Origin: Octopus vulgaris
Lineage: Eukaryota
Reading direction: 5' to 3'
NCBI GenBank assembly: GCA_951406725.2
Contig: OX597831.1
Location: 69,378,001 to 69,442,000, forward strand
Length of the DNA: 64,000 nucleotides
Shown: piece after piece, positions 23,813-36,606 of the stretch
Position numbering within the stretch: position 1 is the stretch's first letter
Layout: each line of letters begins with the position of its first letter
Made by a program: the position numbers and the translations under genes
Notes under the pieces: generated by a model
Told to the model about the DNA's origin: nothing
What the model saw: only the letters and a program-made list of their open reading frames with translations
Databases searched by the model: none

Positions 23813-25660
23813 GGAGGTCATAGCCCAACTAATTAGGGAGAGAATCAGTTTAGATGAGATGCAATTTGGGTTTGTGCCAGGGAAAAGCAGCACTGGTGCT
23901 ACATTTCTGGTAAGAGCTGCTGGAGAAATTCCTAGCAAAAGATAAACCTCGGTACCTGGCTTTCGTTGACATGGAGAAAACCTTTGACAGGCTTCCCTGA
24001 TCCCTTATCTGGTGGTCAATGTGGAAACTAGGGATAGATGAGTGGTTAGTGAGAGCTGTACAAGCCATGTAAAGGGATGCTGTCAGTAAGGTAAGGGTTG
24101 GCAACGAGGACAAGGAAGAATTTTTGGTGGGGGTCCACCAAGAATCAGTCCTCAGCCTGCTCTTAGTCATCATAGTCCTCCAGGCAATAACAGAGGAATT
24201 CAAGACAGGATGCTCCTGGGAGCTTCTCTATGCTGATGACCTTGCTCTAATTGCTGAGTCACTATCAGAACTAGAGGAGAAGTTACAGGTGTGGAAGCAA
24301 AGTCTAGAATCGAAAAGTCAATCTAGCAAAACCCAAAGTCTTATAAGTAAGAAGGCAAACAAACCACAAATCCTGCTTGATCCGTAGAAAGGATTAGGTA
24401 GAAACTCCATAAGCTGTACCTGGTATAAGCTATGGACACATAAGAGGTGCAGAAATGTCAACTGGGAAGATAGTTTTTGTGTGTGGCAAATTCTCAGGGG
24501 CAATAAACACTGAAAATACGCAGAAAACAACTTCCGTCACATGCCAGGGGGAAAAACTACAAGTAGTTGACAGCTTCCCTTACCTAGATGAACAAGTCAG
24601 TAGTAGGGGTGGATGGTCTGAGAGTGTAGCTGTTAGAATAAGAATAGCCTGGGTAAAGTTCAGAGAGCTCCTATCTCTGCTGATGACAAAGGGCCCCTTG
24701 CTCAGTGTAAAAGGTAGACTGTATGATGCATGTATGCAAACAGCCATGCTACATGGTAGTGAAACATAGGCTGTGACTGCTGAGGATATGCATAAGCTTG
24801 CAAGGAATGAAGCTAGTATGCTCTGCTGGATGTGTAATGTCAGTGTGCATACATGACAGAGTGTAAGCACCCTGAGAGAAAAGCTGGACATACATCAGAT
24901 GTATGCAAGAGAGACAACTGCACTGGGTATAGTCATGTGTTGTGTATAGATGAGGACAGCTGTGTGAAGAGGTATCACACCCTAGCAGTTGAGGGAACCT
25001 GTGGAAAAGGTAGACACAGGAAGGCCTCAGATGAGCTGGTGAAGCACAACCTTTTAACGTTGGGTCTCATGGAGGATATGACAAGTGACTGAGACCTTTG
25101 GAGGTATGCTGTGCTAGAGAAGACCCCGCAAGCCAAGTCAGACGGTAAATGTGGCCTATGCCAGTGCAGCATAACCGGCCCATTTAAGAGTACTCTTCAA
25201 TCATTGGGCAATAAAATGCACTTGCGAAGACCTGTTGAGTCAAGTGAAGATATAGTTGTGGCTGATGACTGTACCACCTGACTGGCACCCATGCTTGTGG
25301 CACATAAAAAGCACCATTTGTGTGTGGTCGATGCCAGGGCCATCTGACTGGTCCCATGCCGGTGGAACGTAAAAAGCACCATTCAAGCGTGACATTGCCA
25401 GTACCACCTGACTGGCTCCTATGCCAGTGGCATGTAAAAAGTACCATTCAAATGTGGTTGATGCAAGTACTGCCTCACTGGCCCTCATGCCGGTGGCACG
25501 TAAAAAGCATCCACTATACATTCAGAGTGGCTGGCATTAGGAAGGGCAGCCAAATCAGAATGGAGCCTGGTGCAGCCTTCTGGCTTACCAGCCCTCAATC
25601 AAACCATCCAACCCATGCCAGCATGGAAAGCAGACGTTAAATGATGATGACAATGATGAT
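23813..25660 (+). mobile_element. 5'-truncated RTE-clade LINE (RT domain, PHD-like insert, C-terminus, 3'UTR minisatellite, (GAT)n tail)
   Basis: LDEMQFGFVPGKSST, LAFVDMEKTFD, VGVHQESVLS, LLYADDLALIAES, VVDSFPYL, AMLHGSET; stops and frameshifts. Confidence 0.93.
25268..25520 (+). repeat. ~63-bp tandem minisatellite (4 units) in the RTE 3'UTR
   Basis: Recurring CTGACTGG..CATGCCGGTGGCACGTAAAAAGCACCATT. Confidence 0.85.
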
Positions 25661-25820
25661 GGGCTTCTCTCAGTTTCTGTCTGCCAAATTCGCTCACAAG
25701 GCTTTGGTCAGTTTGTGGCTGTAGTAGAAGACACTTGCCCAAGGTGCCATGCAGTGGAACTGAACCCAGAACTGTGTGGTTGAGAAGCAAACTTCTCATC
25801 ACACAGCCTTGCCTGCACTT
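25661..25820 (-). mobile_element. 5' half of SINE A (partner of 23505-23812)
   Basis: GGGCTTCTCTCAGTTTC..GAAGACACTTGCCCAAGGTGCC..CACACAGCC. Confidence 0.8.
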
Positions 25821-25903
25821 AGTATGATCCCTTTGCCTCCCACATGAGGAAATAAACTCCTGTCTCCTACACAACTGGTAGGGTTAGTATACTACCTTTT
25901 TTT

Positions 25904-26302
25904 TCTCTTTTACCTTTTTCAGTCATGTGACTGTGGCCATGCTGGAGCGCTGCCTTTAGTCGAGCAAATTGACCCCGGGACTTATTCTTTGTAAGCCTAG
26001 TACTTATTCTATCAGTCTCTTTTGCCAAACTGCTAAGTTGCGGGGACGTAAACACACCAGCATCGGTTGTCAAGCAATGCTAGGGGGACAAACACAGACA
26101 CACAAACACACACATACATATATATATACATATATATACGACAGGCTTCTTTCAGTTTCCGTCTACCAAATCCACTCACAAGGCATTGGTCGGCCCGAGG
26201 CTATAATAGAAGACACTTACCCAAGATGCCTCGCATTGGGACTGAACCCAGAACCATGTGGCTGGTTAGCAAGCTACTTACCACACAGCCACTCCCATGC
26301 CT
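25904..26302 (-). mobile_element. tRNA-derived SINE, family A
   Basis: Full-length homology. Confidence 0.92.
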
Positions 26303-26914
26303 ACTTTGGATAATTAGGAAATATATCTTGAATGTTACAATGGGTGTCTCAAAGTCAACAATGTAGATGACTTTAAACAGAGATCAAAGTATGGTTATAG
26401 ATAGATAATATAAGTATATAAGTGATGACCTGATAACAACTCTTCAGTACTGAAGAACCTGACAAAATGTCTCATAAAGAACTATTAACAAAATTAACAT
26501 ATCATTTTAAGAAGCACCTATATACTAGAATTGTGTTATATGAATTTCACCTATGTGTAATGAAAACTGGACAATCAAATGATGATTTTAATTGCCCAAT
26601 ACTTGACTGAATCGGGATATTTATGGAACAGTGAAGTATGGCTTGATTGTCTTCATGACAAAATTCCTTGACTCAAGGATGTATCAAAATTTGTTGTTCA
26701 GTCTGAAGAAGCCAAACATTCATTTAGTGGTACAATGTTATTGACTTAATATTTCTAAAATTTTGTCAAATAATATCAAAAGTAATTCTAAAATTATGCT
26801 TAATCAAAAATCAAATGAAAAGAATACAAAATTAAGTAATCAAAGGAAATGCTTCAAAGACTGTTATATTGATCATATAGGGATAACTAACTGGTACTCC
26901 ATTGCTTATGATAA

Positions 26915-27092
26915 TGAGGGTTCTGGTCGATCTGATCAATGGAACAATCTGCTCGCAAAATTAACTGCATGTACCTGAGCACTCCACAGACATGTGTACC
27001 ACTAACTTAGTTCTCAGGGAGGTTCAGCCTGACGGGGAATGTGATAAGGTTGACCCAGAGAAATACAGGTACTACATTTTTTACCAGCTGAC
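26915..27092 (-). mobile_element. SINE fragment: tail type 1 joined to a family-C-like domain
   Basis: Homologous to 9950-10110 (tail 1) but continues into TTTTTACCAGCTGA rather than the family B core. Confidence 0.6.
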
Positions 27093-27160
27093 ATATAAGA
27101 ATAAAAAAAGTTAATCCATACAGAAAAATTGATCAATGACTGGAGGTACATAGGGTATCA

Positions 27161-27200
<40 letters not shown>

Positions 27201-27203
27201 GTA

Positions 27204-27243
<40 letters not shown>

Positions 27244-27270
27244 TAATAGTAATAATAATAACAATAATAG
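27161..27270. repeat. (AAT)n microsatellite
   Basis: Direct inspection. Confidence 0.95.
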
Positions 27271-27669
27271 TATTCTGCTCAGTGCCACAGATTTTCATGT
27301 CAGACCTTAACCAGTTGAGCATGTCCCTTAGTGGCTGATATGTGCATCTCTGATCATGAGCAAAAGTAGCAAGGAAGAATCATAGCCATGTGCTGAGAAG
27401 AATTCTTTGGATTTTGAATAATCCACCTCTGAAAACATGGGTGTTTTGTTCAACATCCTTAAACAACCCTTATTCATGGATCTTTTGAGTGGGATGGGCT
27501 ACTTGACTTGACTTGGCTACTTGACTTGTCATGCACATATAGTTGTGATACATGTGCCTGGTGTACTCTTATAAGATGTGTAGTCATGATGAGTATACTG
27601 GGCTTTGTATATTTTACTCCAGTGTCATTTTGATGGCATGCACTGCTCATTCACCCAATAATAATTATA

Positions 27670-27860
27670 ATTCCTTCCACAATTGGCACAAGGCCTCCAA
27701 TTTTGGTGTAAGTGGCTTTCACCAACTCCAGTGATCAACTGGCACTTATTTCATTGACTCCAAAATGATGAAAGGTAAAGTCAACTTCAGTAGAATTGGA
27801 ACTCAGAACACAAAGACAGATGAAAGGCCACTAAGCATTTTGTCCACCATGCTAATGACC
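27670..27860 (-). mobile_element. Diverged Nin-domain SINE
   Basis: ATGAAAGGTAAAGTCAACTTC..GAACTCAGAAC..CTAAGCATTT, homologous to 10680-10790. Confidence 0.7.
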
Positions 27861-27889
27861 ACAAATAAGGTTGAAGTAAAACAAATCAC

Positions 27890-28400
27890 TTTGACAAAAA
27901 ATGCCTGCATTTAGATATTTCAATCCCAACAGACTGCAACTCTTCTGTAAAACTACTTGGAAAGTTAAGTAAATACAAAATCCTTGAAATAGAAGCCTCA
28001 GGAAGGAATGTGGCTTCTAAGCACAAATGTGTATGTGATCATCAGAGCCTTGAGGACAATATCAATTGGCACTCTAAAGCACTATGGTCAAATACCAGGA
28101 AACACCAAAGTATCAGAACAACAAAGAAACTGTTTACATGGATACTGCTTATATCTTTAGACAAACACTTGTCGAATTGAAAATACCTGATTCCCTTAAA
28201 ACTCTTTCAAAATCGAAATTTTAAACAAATTGAACAGAAGCTTAGTTCTCAGAATTTGGTCTCCCCTCCCCTACAGTGTATCATTGCTAATCATAAATAA
28301 CTCTCCTTGTAAGACGTTGTACTTGTTGCTTGAAGTTTCTGGGTGAGACTTGGATCAACTCGAATATAACAGACTAACAATAATGTAAACAACATAATAA
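27890..28400 (+). mobile_element. R4/Dong-clade LINE relic: restriction-like endonuclease C-terminus and 3'UTR
   Basis: DISIPTDCNSSVKLLGKLSKYKILEIE..IIRALRTI..QIPG matches the R4 REL pattern; ends in AAT-rich repeats. Confidence 0.7.
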
Positions 28401-28589
28401 TAATGATAATTTCTAAAGGGTCTAGTTGATGCCATCAAGCTCAATATTTATCTAGAAGTTTATTTTTATCAACACTGAAATGATGAAAGACAAAGCTGTC
28501 CTCAGTTATATTTAAATTCAGAACATAATCAAAGCAAATACAGTGAAGTATTTTGTTTGAAACTCTAATGGTTCTACCACCCTAGACAC

Positions 28590-28876
28590 ATTATTATTAT
28601 TATTATTATTATTATTCTTTGTTTGAATTTTGTTTTACATTTGCACAAGCTGGCTTCAAATCTCACCCAGAGACCTCAAGAGACAACAAGTTGGAAGTTC
28701 ATGTTGGTGTTATGCCTAGGGTGCCATATATTTGGTTTTGTATTTAGTGTTGTACTAATGAATGTCTAAAAAACCATACGAAAATTATGTTTGTTTTAAA
28801 ACATGAGATTACAAAGAAAGTATTTTGTGTAGGATATAAACAGTTCTTTACAAAGAAAGTATTTTGCGTAGGATAT
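28590..28876 (-). mobile_element. R4/Dong-like 3'UTR fragment embedded between (TTA)n tracts
   Basis: CTCACCCAGAGACCTCAAG is the reverse complement of the 3'UTR block at ~28330; (TAA)n tail. Confidence 0.6.
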
Positions 28877-28887
28877 TATTATTATCA

Positions 28888-28954
<67 letters not shown>

Positions 28955-29005
28955 AAGAAGAAGAAGTAGTAGTGGGAGTAGCAGTAGCAGCAGCAGCAGC
29001 AAAAA
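28877..29005. repeat. Compound (TTA)n-(TAG)n-(AAG)n-(CAG)n microsatellite
   Basis: Direct inspection. Confidence 0.95.
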
Positions 29006-29559
29006 CAACAATAATTTGATAAAATGCTATGAATTTAATTATAAAATTACTGTCATCATACTAATCATCTTGTTAGATGTATACGAGAATCAAGTGAATT
29101 AAATATTTGATAAAAGTTTGTATGGAAATATCAGAAACAATATACTTCACTTCTGTTGATTAAATTTGAATTAGATACCATTGTGACTAAAATCTTGATT
29201 TATTTAAATACATATAAATTATTGAATCAATATCATTAGAACCTTTATTGGTAAATGAAATGGTTATTATAATAATATACCAATTAAAGGAAAATTCTTA
29301 TTAAATATTAAAATTGGAAATAAACAGGCATGAAAGTTATAAGCTATTGTTATCATTTGTGAAATTAGATCACATTTATTCAGAACGAACTGGTTAAAGC
29401 ATTTAATATGTTACTGTCTATTAACAATATTTCTGATGTTAATTATATTGATAAATCAACCAACTTGGGTAAAAATAGATCAATTTATGTGCTAAATATT
29501 CCAAAGTATTTTTGCTATGCTCTCTGGCTGTTGCACAGAAATACAGGTCACAGTTTGAC

Positions 29560-30480
29560 TATATATAGGTGCAAAATTGATTTCTTAGAATACAGTCCAT
29601 TACCATCTTCAAAAGCTGAATTGGAACTGGAACAATTGAAACTGGAAGTACTGAAAAGTATATTAGAATTGATCAATTATGGTGAGTGGGTTGCACCAAT
29701 TGCTGTTGTTTGGAAGCTGAATGTCAAGTTTGTATCTGGGGCAATTTTATCATAACCATCAATAAACTAACTGAGAAAGATCATCATCAAATGCCAAAAT
29801 TAAATGAAGGAACTCATAAGCTGTGAACTCATAAGAGTGAAAAAGAATCATATGTAATCTACAGTACTTTTAGCTTTTGCAGTACAAATTAATGGTAATT
29901 GGAATTCTTGGACGCCTTCTGCATATCAAAGTATTGTTGATCTGAAATGAAGCATTGCAAGGCATATTAAATCAGTAACACCATTATTGGAATGGTGAAG
30001 GAAGAATGTTTAAATAATTAGAAACGATATTTAGCAATAATAAATAATATAAATATCTTTTAGATACAATACTTATATTACTGCTTAGACTATACGAAAA
30101 GATATGTTTCATAAATAAGTTGGTTATTTTAGCTATGCCATTGGCAAACCTAGTAAAATATTATATGAAAACCAAAAAAACAACTTCTTATTTCTCTATC
30201 CCTCAAAGAATAAAGAGTATTAGAATTTATTTCAAAAGTCAAATATTAGTGTTCATTCATTAAAAGCCTTTAAAATTTAGTGCACAGTTATATATTTTAA
30301 CAGCAAGCAGCACACATTTAAATGGTTAGAAAGTTGTCAACTAAGTTTTGATTATTTAAATAACAAGTAACCGAGGCAACTGAATTGGTACACTGCAAGT
30401 AGAAGTGACTCTAGATTTTATTAAAACAACTTAGGGGCTACAATTGTCAATTTTGGTTAAGCTGCTATTATGTGATTTTT
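29560..30480 (+). mobile_element. Heavily decayed Ty3/Gypsy pol (RT) relic
   Basis: GEWVAPIAVVWK.., TINKLTEKDHHQMPKLNE, FKWLESCQLSFDYL resemble Gypsy RT blocks. Confidence 0.6.
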
Positions 30481-30667
30481 AAAATATAGAAATGTGTAAT
30501 ATTAAATTTTTAATGTGTAAACTTGCAGACAATTCGTCTTTTCACTAAAATTGAAAATAAATATGCTTCTTGCATATTCTAATTTAAACGTTCAAGTATA
30601 AAAAAATATATATAATAGGTCATTTATTAGTATTTTAGTTTTTAAATTCTAACTTCAGCAGCAATAT

Positions 30668-31089
30668 ACTCTCTTTACTCTTTTACTTGTTTCAGTCATT
30701 TGACTGTGGCCATGCTGGAGCACCACCTTTTAGTCGAGCAAATCGACCCCAGGACTTATTTTTTGTAAGCCTAGTACTTATTCTATCGGTCTCTTTTGCC
30801 GAACCGCTAAGCTACGGAGACGTAAGCACACCAGCATCGGTTGTCAAGCGATGTTGGGGGGACAAACACAGAAACACAAACAAATACATATACGCATACA
30901 TATATATATATATATACATATATACGACGGGCTTCTTTCAGTTTCCCTCTACATAATCCACTCACAAGGCTCTGGTCTGCCCGAGGCTACAGTAGAAGAC
31001 ACTTGGCCAAGGTGCCACGCAGTGGGACTGAACCCGGAACCATGTGGTTTGTAAGCAAGCTACTTACCACACAGCCACTCCTACGTCTT
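30668..31089 (-). mobile_element. tRNA-derived SINE, family A
   Basis: Full-length homology. Confidence 0.92.
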
Positions 31090-31837
31090 AAGTTTTTTTT
31101 CTTTTTGTCCTGTACTTTGCAAGATTTACTGCTTGTTCTGTACTTTTCTAGGCTCAATACTAATGAATATTCTAGGATTCTGCACCTGCATTTTTAATTC
31201 TTATATATATATATATATGTATACGAGCAAAACGCCCCACCCCCCGTCCAGTGGACGGTGCTGAATCATATCTGCTGAATATAAAACAATCAGTGTTTTC
31301 TTTTCATTAAAAAATAATTAAGCATGCCTTTATTTCAGTAAAATTTTTGGTTTTGTTAAATGAAGTTAAGGCAAAAAAGACTAATTTAAGGCTAATTCTT
31401 ATTTATATGGGGTTCTAACTTTATTATCCTTATTGTAATTTTTTTTACTATTTTTGCTTTTATTACTCTTGTCTTTTACTTCCAATACTCTTGCTCTTTA
31501 TTTATTATTTTTTTATGTTTTATTTTTTAACTTTCATTATTTCTCTCTATTTTTCTTTTTTTTTTCTTTTTTTCTTCTATCTTATTTTCCTTCCTATCTT
31601 ATACAAGAGAATTAAATATAAACCCATTCCAATCTATTTAACATTCACTCTTTGTTGACTGGTGATACAGTATGGGCAGATTTTCGAAATCCAATGAATC
31701 TTTATACATTTATACAGTTAGGAAATTTTACAAACACACTTTTTCAAGGAGATATGATAAGCCTATTATAACGGGTAATACTACATGTTATTTTCATATT
31801 TTTTATATTGTGATGTAACTCTTTGGACTAACAATGT

Positions 31838-31932
31838 TTGCGACTGAAGAGGGCTTTAAACCATCTCTTATATCAATAATACAATGATGTAATAACGGAT
31901 TGTTTATAAAGCTTGAAACATGTGTACCGTGA
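31838..31932 (+). ncRNA. Type I hammerhead-like motif with a ~64-nt stem II region (PLE pLTR relic)
   Basis: CTGAAGA 31844-31850; GGCTTTA..TAAAGCT; GAAAC 31915-31919; stem III AC-ATGT-GT; GUA triplet; imperfect stem I TTGCG/CGTGA. Confidence 0.5.
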
Positions 31933-31976
31933 TATCCTTTGTGTTCTGTTTTTAATTTTATTTGATATATTATATA

Positions 31977-32018
<42 letters not shown>

Positions 32019-32395
32019 TATATATTATTTATATTATTATTTAATTGAACGCCACACATCCATTTCCAAGTAAGTATATATATTCACACTCATGGGTACA
32101 AACAGTTCCTATAACTCAATCTAAATACTGGTGAAGACAATTTTTGATATCTTTCATTGTTACTAATGTTCTTGAAGTTGTGTGAGTACTGAACAAAACT
32201 CTGAAGCAAATTAGGTAGCTACCTTATTTAATATAACAAGTTAACAAGAGAACTTTTTTTAAATGGTTAAATTGAATGGCGTCTATTCATCCAATAATAT
32301 ATTTAAAGAAATATGGCATTTCTCTCTCTTGTCTCTCTCTCTTTCATTCTTTCTTTCTTTCTTTCTCTGCATCTGTACACACCACACAAGTAGGA

Positions 32396-32462
32396 GTACA
32401 CACACACACATGTGCACACAAATAAACAGAAATGTATATACATACATACATATACATACATA

Positions 32463-32493
<31 letters not shown>

Positions 32494-32514
32494 GTATATA
32501 TATATATATGTATG

Positions 32515-32556
<42 letters not shown>

Positions 32557-32576
32557 CATATATATATATATATATG

Positions 32577-32619
<43 letters not shown>

Positions 32620-32660
32620 TATATACACACAAACACACACACACACAGACATAAATACAT
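32396..32660. repeat. Compound (TA)n/(CA)n microsatellite
   Basis: Direct inspection; explains the YI-repeat ORFs. Confidence 0.95.
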
Positions 32661-34524
32661 AGTATATTATATGTATACTTGCATGCTTTATGCTGTTTGT
32701 TTTAATTTGGCTATAAAATTGAGGTTTTGCACTTGCTCTATGCAAGCTGTGGGAGATTTGTCCATGTGCAATATAAGCAAACAATGTATTGCTACTCTAG
32801 TAGCATGTTATGCATAGAGAGTGTGAATGAAGAAAAAGTGTAATTTGCAGAACCGCTGCTGCTTGAGATGGTTGGCACCTCTAACTTGCAGTAACTTCTG
32901 TAAAGTCAAGTAGAAAAATATTTTCAACTTGCAAGTTTAACAATAAATAAATAGCATGAATGAAATGTATGGACATTATGACCAGGAATGGATTGAAAGC
33001 AAATCATAAAAGTTTGCTGATGTAGTAGTATAAATCATAATGATTGGAGGAAATCTTTTGTTATCACGGAAGCTTGTGTAGGACGAATTTATCATGGAAT
33101 GGGCTCCATGAAGTATACTTTCTATTTTAGAATTATTTAGTTGGAGAATTTGATGCAGTGCTCAACTCAATGAGGGTCTTCCCATACTGGGGAGATAGAT
33201 ATCGCTGCTATTTCACCTTGAACTTCTAAAACCTGATGTGTGTAGTGTATGATGAACCTTGGAAGAATTCTGTAGGGTGAGATAATTGTTGTAAGAAAAA
33301 CGAAGCAAAGTGCATGGTTTCAGGAATGATGTGTAATACCACATGGGCTTGAACAGATGAGACATGTCTGTGACTAGTTCATAAGAGCAGAAACCACTGA
33401 CGAGACCACAGCTCATACATAGTTTGGATAAGCAGAATCAATTTTTCAGAAACGCCATTGTTCAATCAGTGTAAGAAGAAGAAGAAGGACATCCATGATC
33501 TTTATAGGCTAAGTACTATAGATGTGGTATTCTGTTTGAATATTAATGGATCTTTTTGCCAGTCTGAAACTATGCTAACAAGAATGGAATTCTAGAGGGT
33601 TATCACTGTTGGGATGAATGCTGCACAGCTTGTTTAGTGCGTGAACCTATGTCATTAGGGTGACAAAATAAATAGTGGTAAAACTCTTAGAATGAAGCTC
33701 AGTTTGCTTGTCCAAGGAAGAAGAAAGTGTTGTAGTCGTAACTGAAAATGCAGAGAAAAGAATTGGTGAATCTGTAGCAAGTAGTTGTGGTTCAGTGAAT
33801 GAATTTTTGAGAATTAGCCAAATGATGTTTTTTTTTTGTATAGTGCAGTATTAGCGTCAATGCCATATGTGAACATTATTTTAATCTTTGGTGTGTTTTA
33901 CTGAGGGTTATTCATGAAAGGTACCATTTAGTTTTCAAGATAGTTTTGACAATGGTTTGTTCTAGTGAAGGCACCGTTTTGCAAGGGGACAGATTGCATA
34001 ACAAAATTTAATGACATTAGAAAGTAATGAATGATTGTCAAATTTACCTTAAAATAAGTAATATTCATATCTCAGAGTCATGATGAGGTTTTCAAATTCA
34101 ATTTGGTTTCATTATTAGTTTACACAAACAAGCATGAAAACACTGACATTATATCAACTAATATTAATTTTACACATATTTCCAAGACATGAATTAAAAT
34201 ATAGTTGCATATAGCCAGTAGACTTATGGCATAGGTTATCTGTCATGGATGTAATAACTGATTTCTAACACCATTAACTACTAGACATAATTCATATTCT
34301 GATATGACTGTTTGCAATTATAGTCTAACATTTATCATGCAAATATCATCTGCAACTCAAACAAAATTTATCTAGATCCAAGTCAAATGATTTGAGAAAT
34401 ATTTTCTTTGCATTTTAAATTGAAATTTGCTTCAATTACATTGCTTCGTAGATATAGCTAATAATTTTATTTTATGTTATCATATTTTGATATTCTTTCA
34501 CATTTTTGTGTCATTGGAGAAGAA

Positions 34525-34870
34525 ATCCAGTACTTTCCAAGCCTGGAACTTATTCTGTCAGTTTCTTTTTACTAAACCACTATATAACTAAGTTACAAGA
34601 TCTTTAACAAACTGACAGCAGCTGTCAGGTGTTGGGGTTGGGTAAACAGATAGAAATACACACACACGTCAGTATACATGTATACTTGCATGCAAGTATG
34701 TATTTGGCAGATTTCCAGACATTCTACATCCACAAAATTCACTCAAAAGTAATTGGTCAGCCCAGAGATGAAGTACAAGACACACCCCCAAAGTGGCATG
34801 CAGTACAGCTGAACCTGAAACAGCGTGGTTGTGAACTAAATATCATAACCACCAAGCCCAGCCACGCCTG
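34525..34870 (-). mobile_element. Old, diverged SINE family A copy
   Basis: Residual blocks AAGCCTGGAACTTATTCTG, AAATTCACTCAAAAG and GCTGAACCTGAAAC. Confidence 0.6.
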
Positions 34871-35171
34871 TATCTATATGTGTGTGTGTGTGTGTTTTAG
34901 GAGTAGGAATGACTGCATGTTTAAGAAGATTCTTTCCAAACTATGCTATGCAGCACACTGCAAGTTTCTGCACTCATGTGTAAAGTTGTGATGTTCAAGG
35001 AGTTGTCATAGGCACTCTTCTGCTCACTGTCTGCTTTGAAATCTATGTGGAATAAGAGATCTCCTACTGGGGTAAAAAAGAGGAAGTATTAGTATCCAGA
35101 TGGGCATTCTGCAGTAAAAATTACTCAGTAAGGTAATTATGTGCCCTCAGCTGGCATGGAAAGTGAATGTA

Positions 35172-35737
35172 TTGGATTGTCTAGAAAGTTCGTGCTAATT
35201 TATCGTAGCTTACCTTTCGACTTATTTTAGAATATGGTTGAGTCCATAAAATAGGATTTGACTACACCTCCATTTAGAGCAGAGTTTAATCTATCTTTTC
35301 GTGGAAGAAGGTTTATGTTCCTATTAACTGTGTTAATTCTATAACCCTTTAAGATGGAAGATAAGAAAGTTCATTTTTGGCACTTGATGCTTTGGGAGCC
35401 AGACAAAAATTGCTGCAGCTCAGCTGGGATGTGTTACCCAACCCTCCATATTCACCAGATATTGCTCCTTCAGATTTCCACTTATTCAGGTCTCTGCAGA
35501 ATAGTCTTAATGGTAAAAATTTCAATTCCTTGAATGACGTAAAAAGATACCTTGATGAATTCTTTGACATGAAACCACCTCAATTCTGGGAAGAGGGTAT
35601 TTTCAAGTTAAAGGCAAGATGGAGACGCATTGTGCAACAAAATGGTTCATATTTGGTTGATTAAAAATGTAATGGTAAGTATTTATTGACCTTTTTCTTT
35701 CCTTTAAAAATCAGCACGAACTTTCCAGACAAGACAT
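35172..35737 (+). mobile_element. Internally deleted mariner (566 bp)
   Basis: TIRs TTGGATTGTCTAGAAAGTTCGTGCTAATTT / AAATCAGCACGAACTTTCCAGACAAGACAT; TA TSD; N-terminus MEDKKVHFWHLMLWE (ATG 35354) abuts the C-terminus WDVLPNPPYSPDIAPSDFHLFRSLQN. Confidence 0.92.
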
Positions 35738-36394
35738 TAAAATGATTGAGGGAAAAGAAGTTTATATGTGTATGCATGTGTGTGTATAGACACACACACA
35801 AACACACACATTATGATTACCACTTGCTAGTGAGAAGGTTTGGTAGTATGTACTATACTTTTAATAACTGCCTTTTAGTTGGACAAATTCAGGACTTAAA
35901 TATTTACAGTGGATATGCAAGTATCATATTTTCTCATCAGCTGACCATATATTTCCAACTAATATTACTGGGATAGGAATATACTAGTTGACTGTATCAA
36001 AATTTTATATAGAATTTAACAAAAAATAAGAAAAATTACTATGAAATCTTATTTAAAAACAAAATTCCAACATGAATTGTACACACTGATAAACCCACAT
36101 GTAAAATATTACCTAAAATTTACCGAAACTTACTGTCATATAATATTAAACTGAATGTTAATAATTTTACCAGTAATAAAAATGAAATAAGTAGAACAAA
36201 AGGAAACTCATGTGATACAGAGGTTGCAGAAAGAGGTTACAGAAAGGTGTGACAGCAGAACTTTGATAGTAAAAATAAAATAATAATAAAATTAAAGTGA
36301 AGACCAAATATATAATATGTGTTTAATTGGCAAAATATCAAAGTTCTGTTGTCAAACCTTTCTGTAACCTCAAGTATAACAAGAAATAAATAAA

Positions 36395-36575
36395 TATATG
36401 CACACACACACATACACACACACACACGCACACACACACACATACACACACACATACACACATGCATACACACACATACACACACACATACACACATACA
36501 CACACACACACGCATGCACGCACACACACACTTACCTCAAGTATAACAAGAAATAAATAAATATATGCACATGCA

Positions 36576-36606
<31 letters not shown>

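Noticed and set aside
25268-25520. Regularly spaced repeats resembling a CRISPR array
   Set aside because: The spacers are homologous to each other, the context is a eukaryotic LINE 3'UTR, and there are no cas genes
32263-32817. Long ORFs rich in YI, HT, CV or LSIY repeats (also 5835, 15009, 36338, 44222, 57546)
   Set aside because: Stop-free frames of microsatellites
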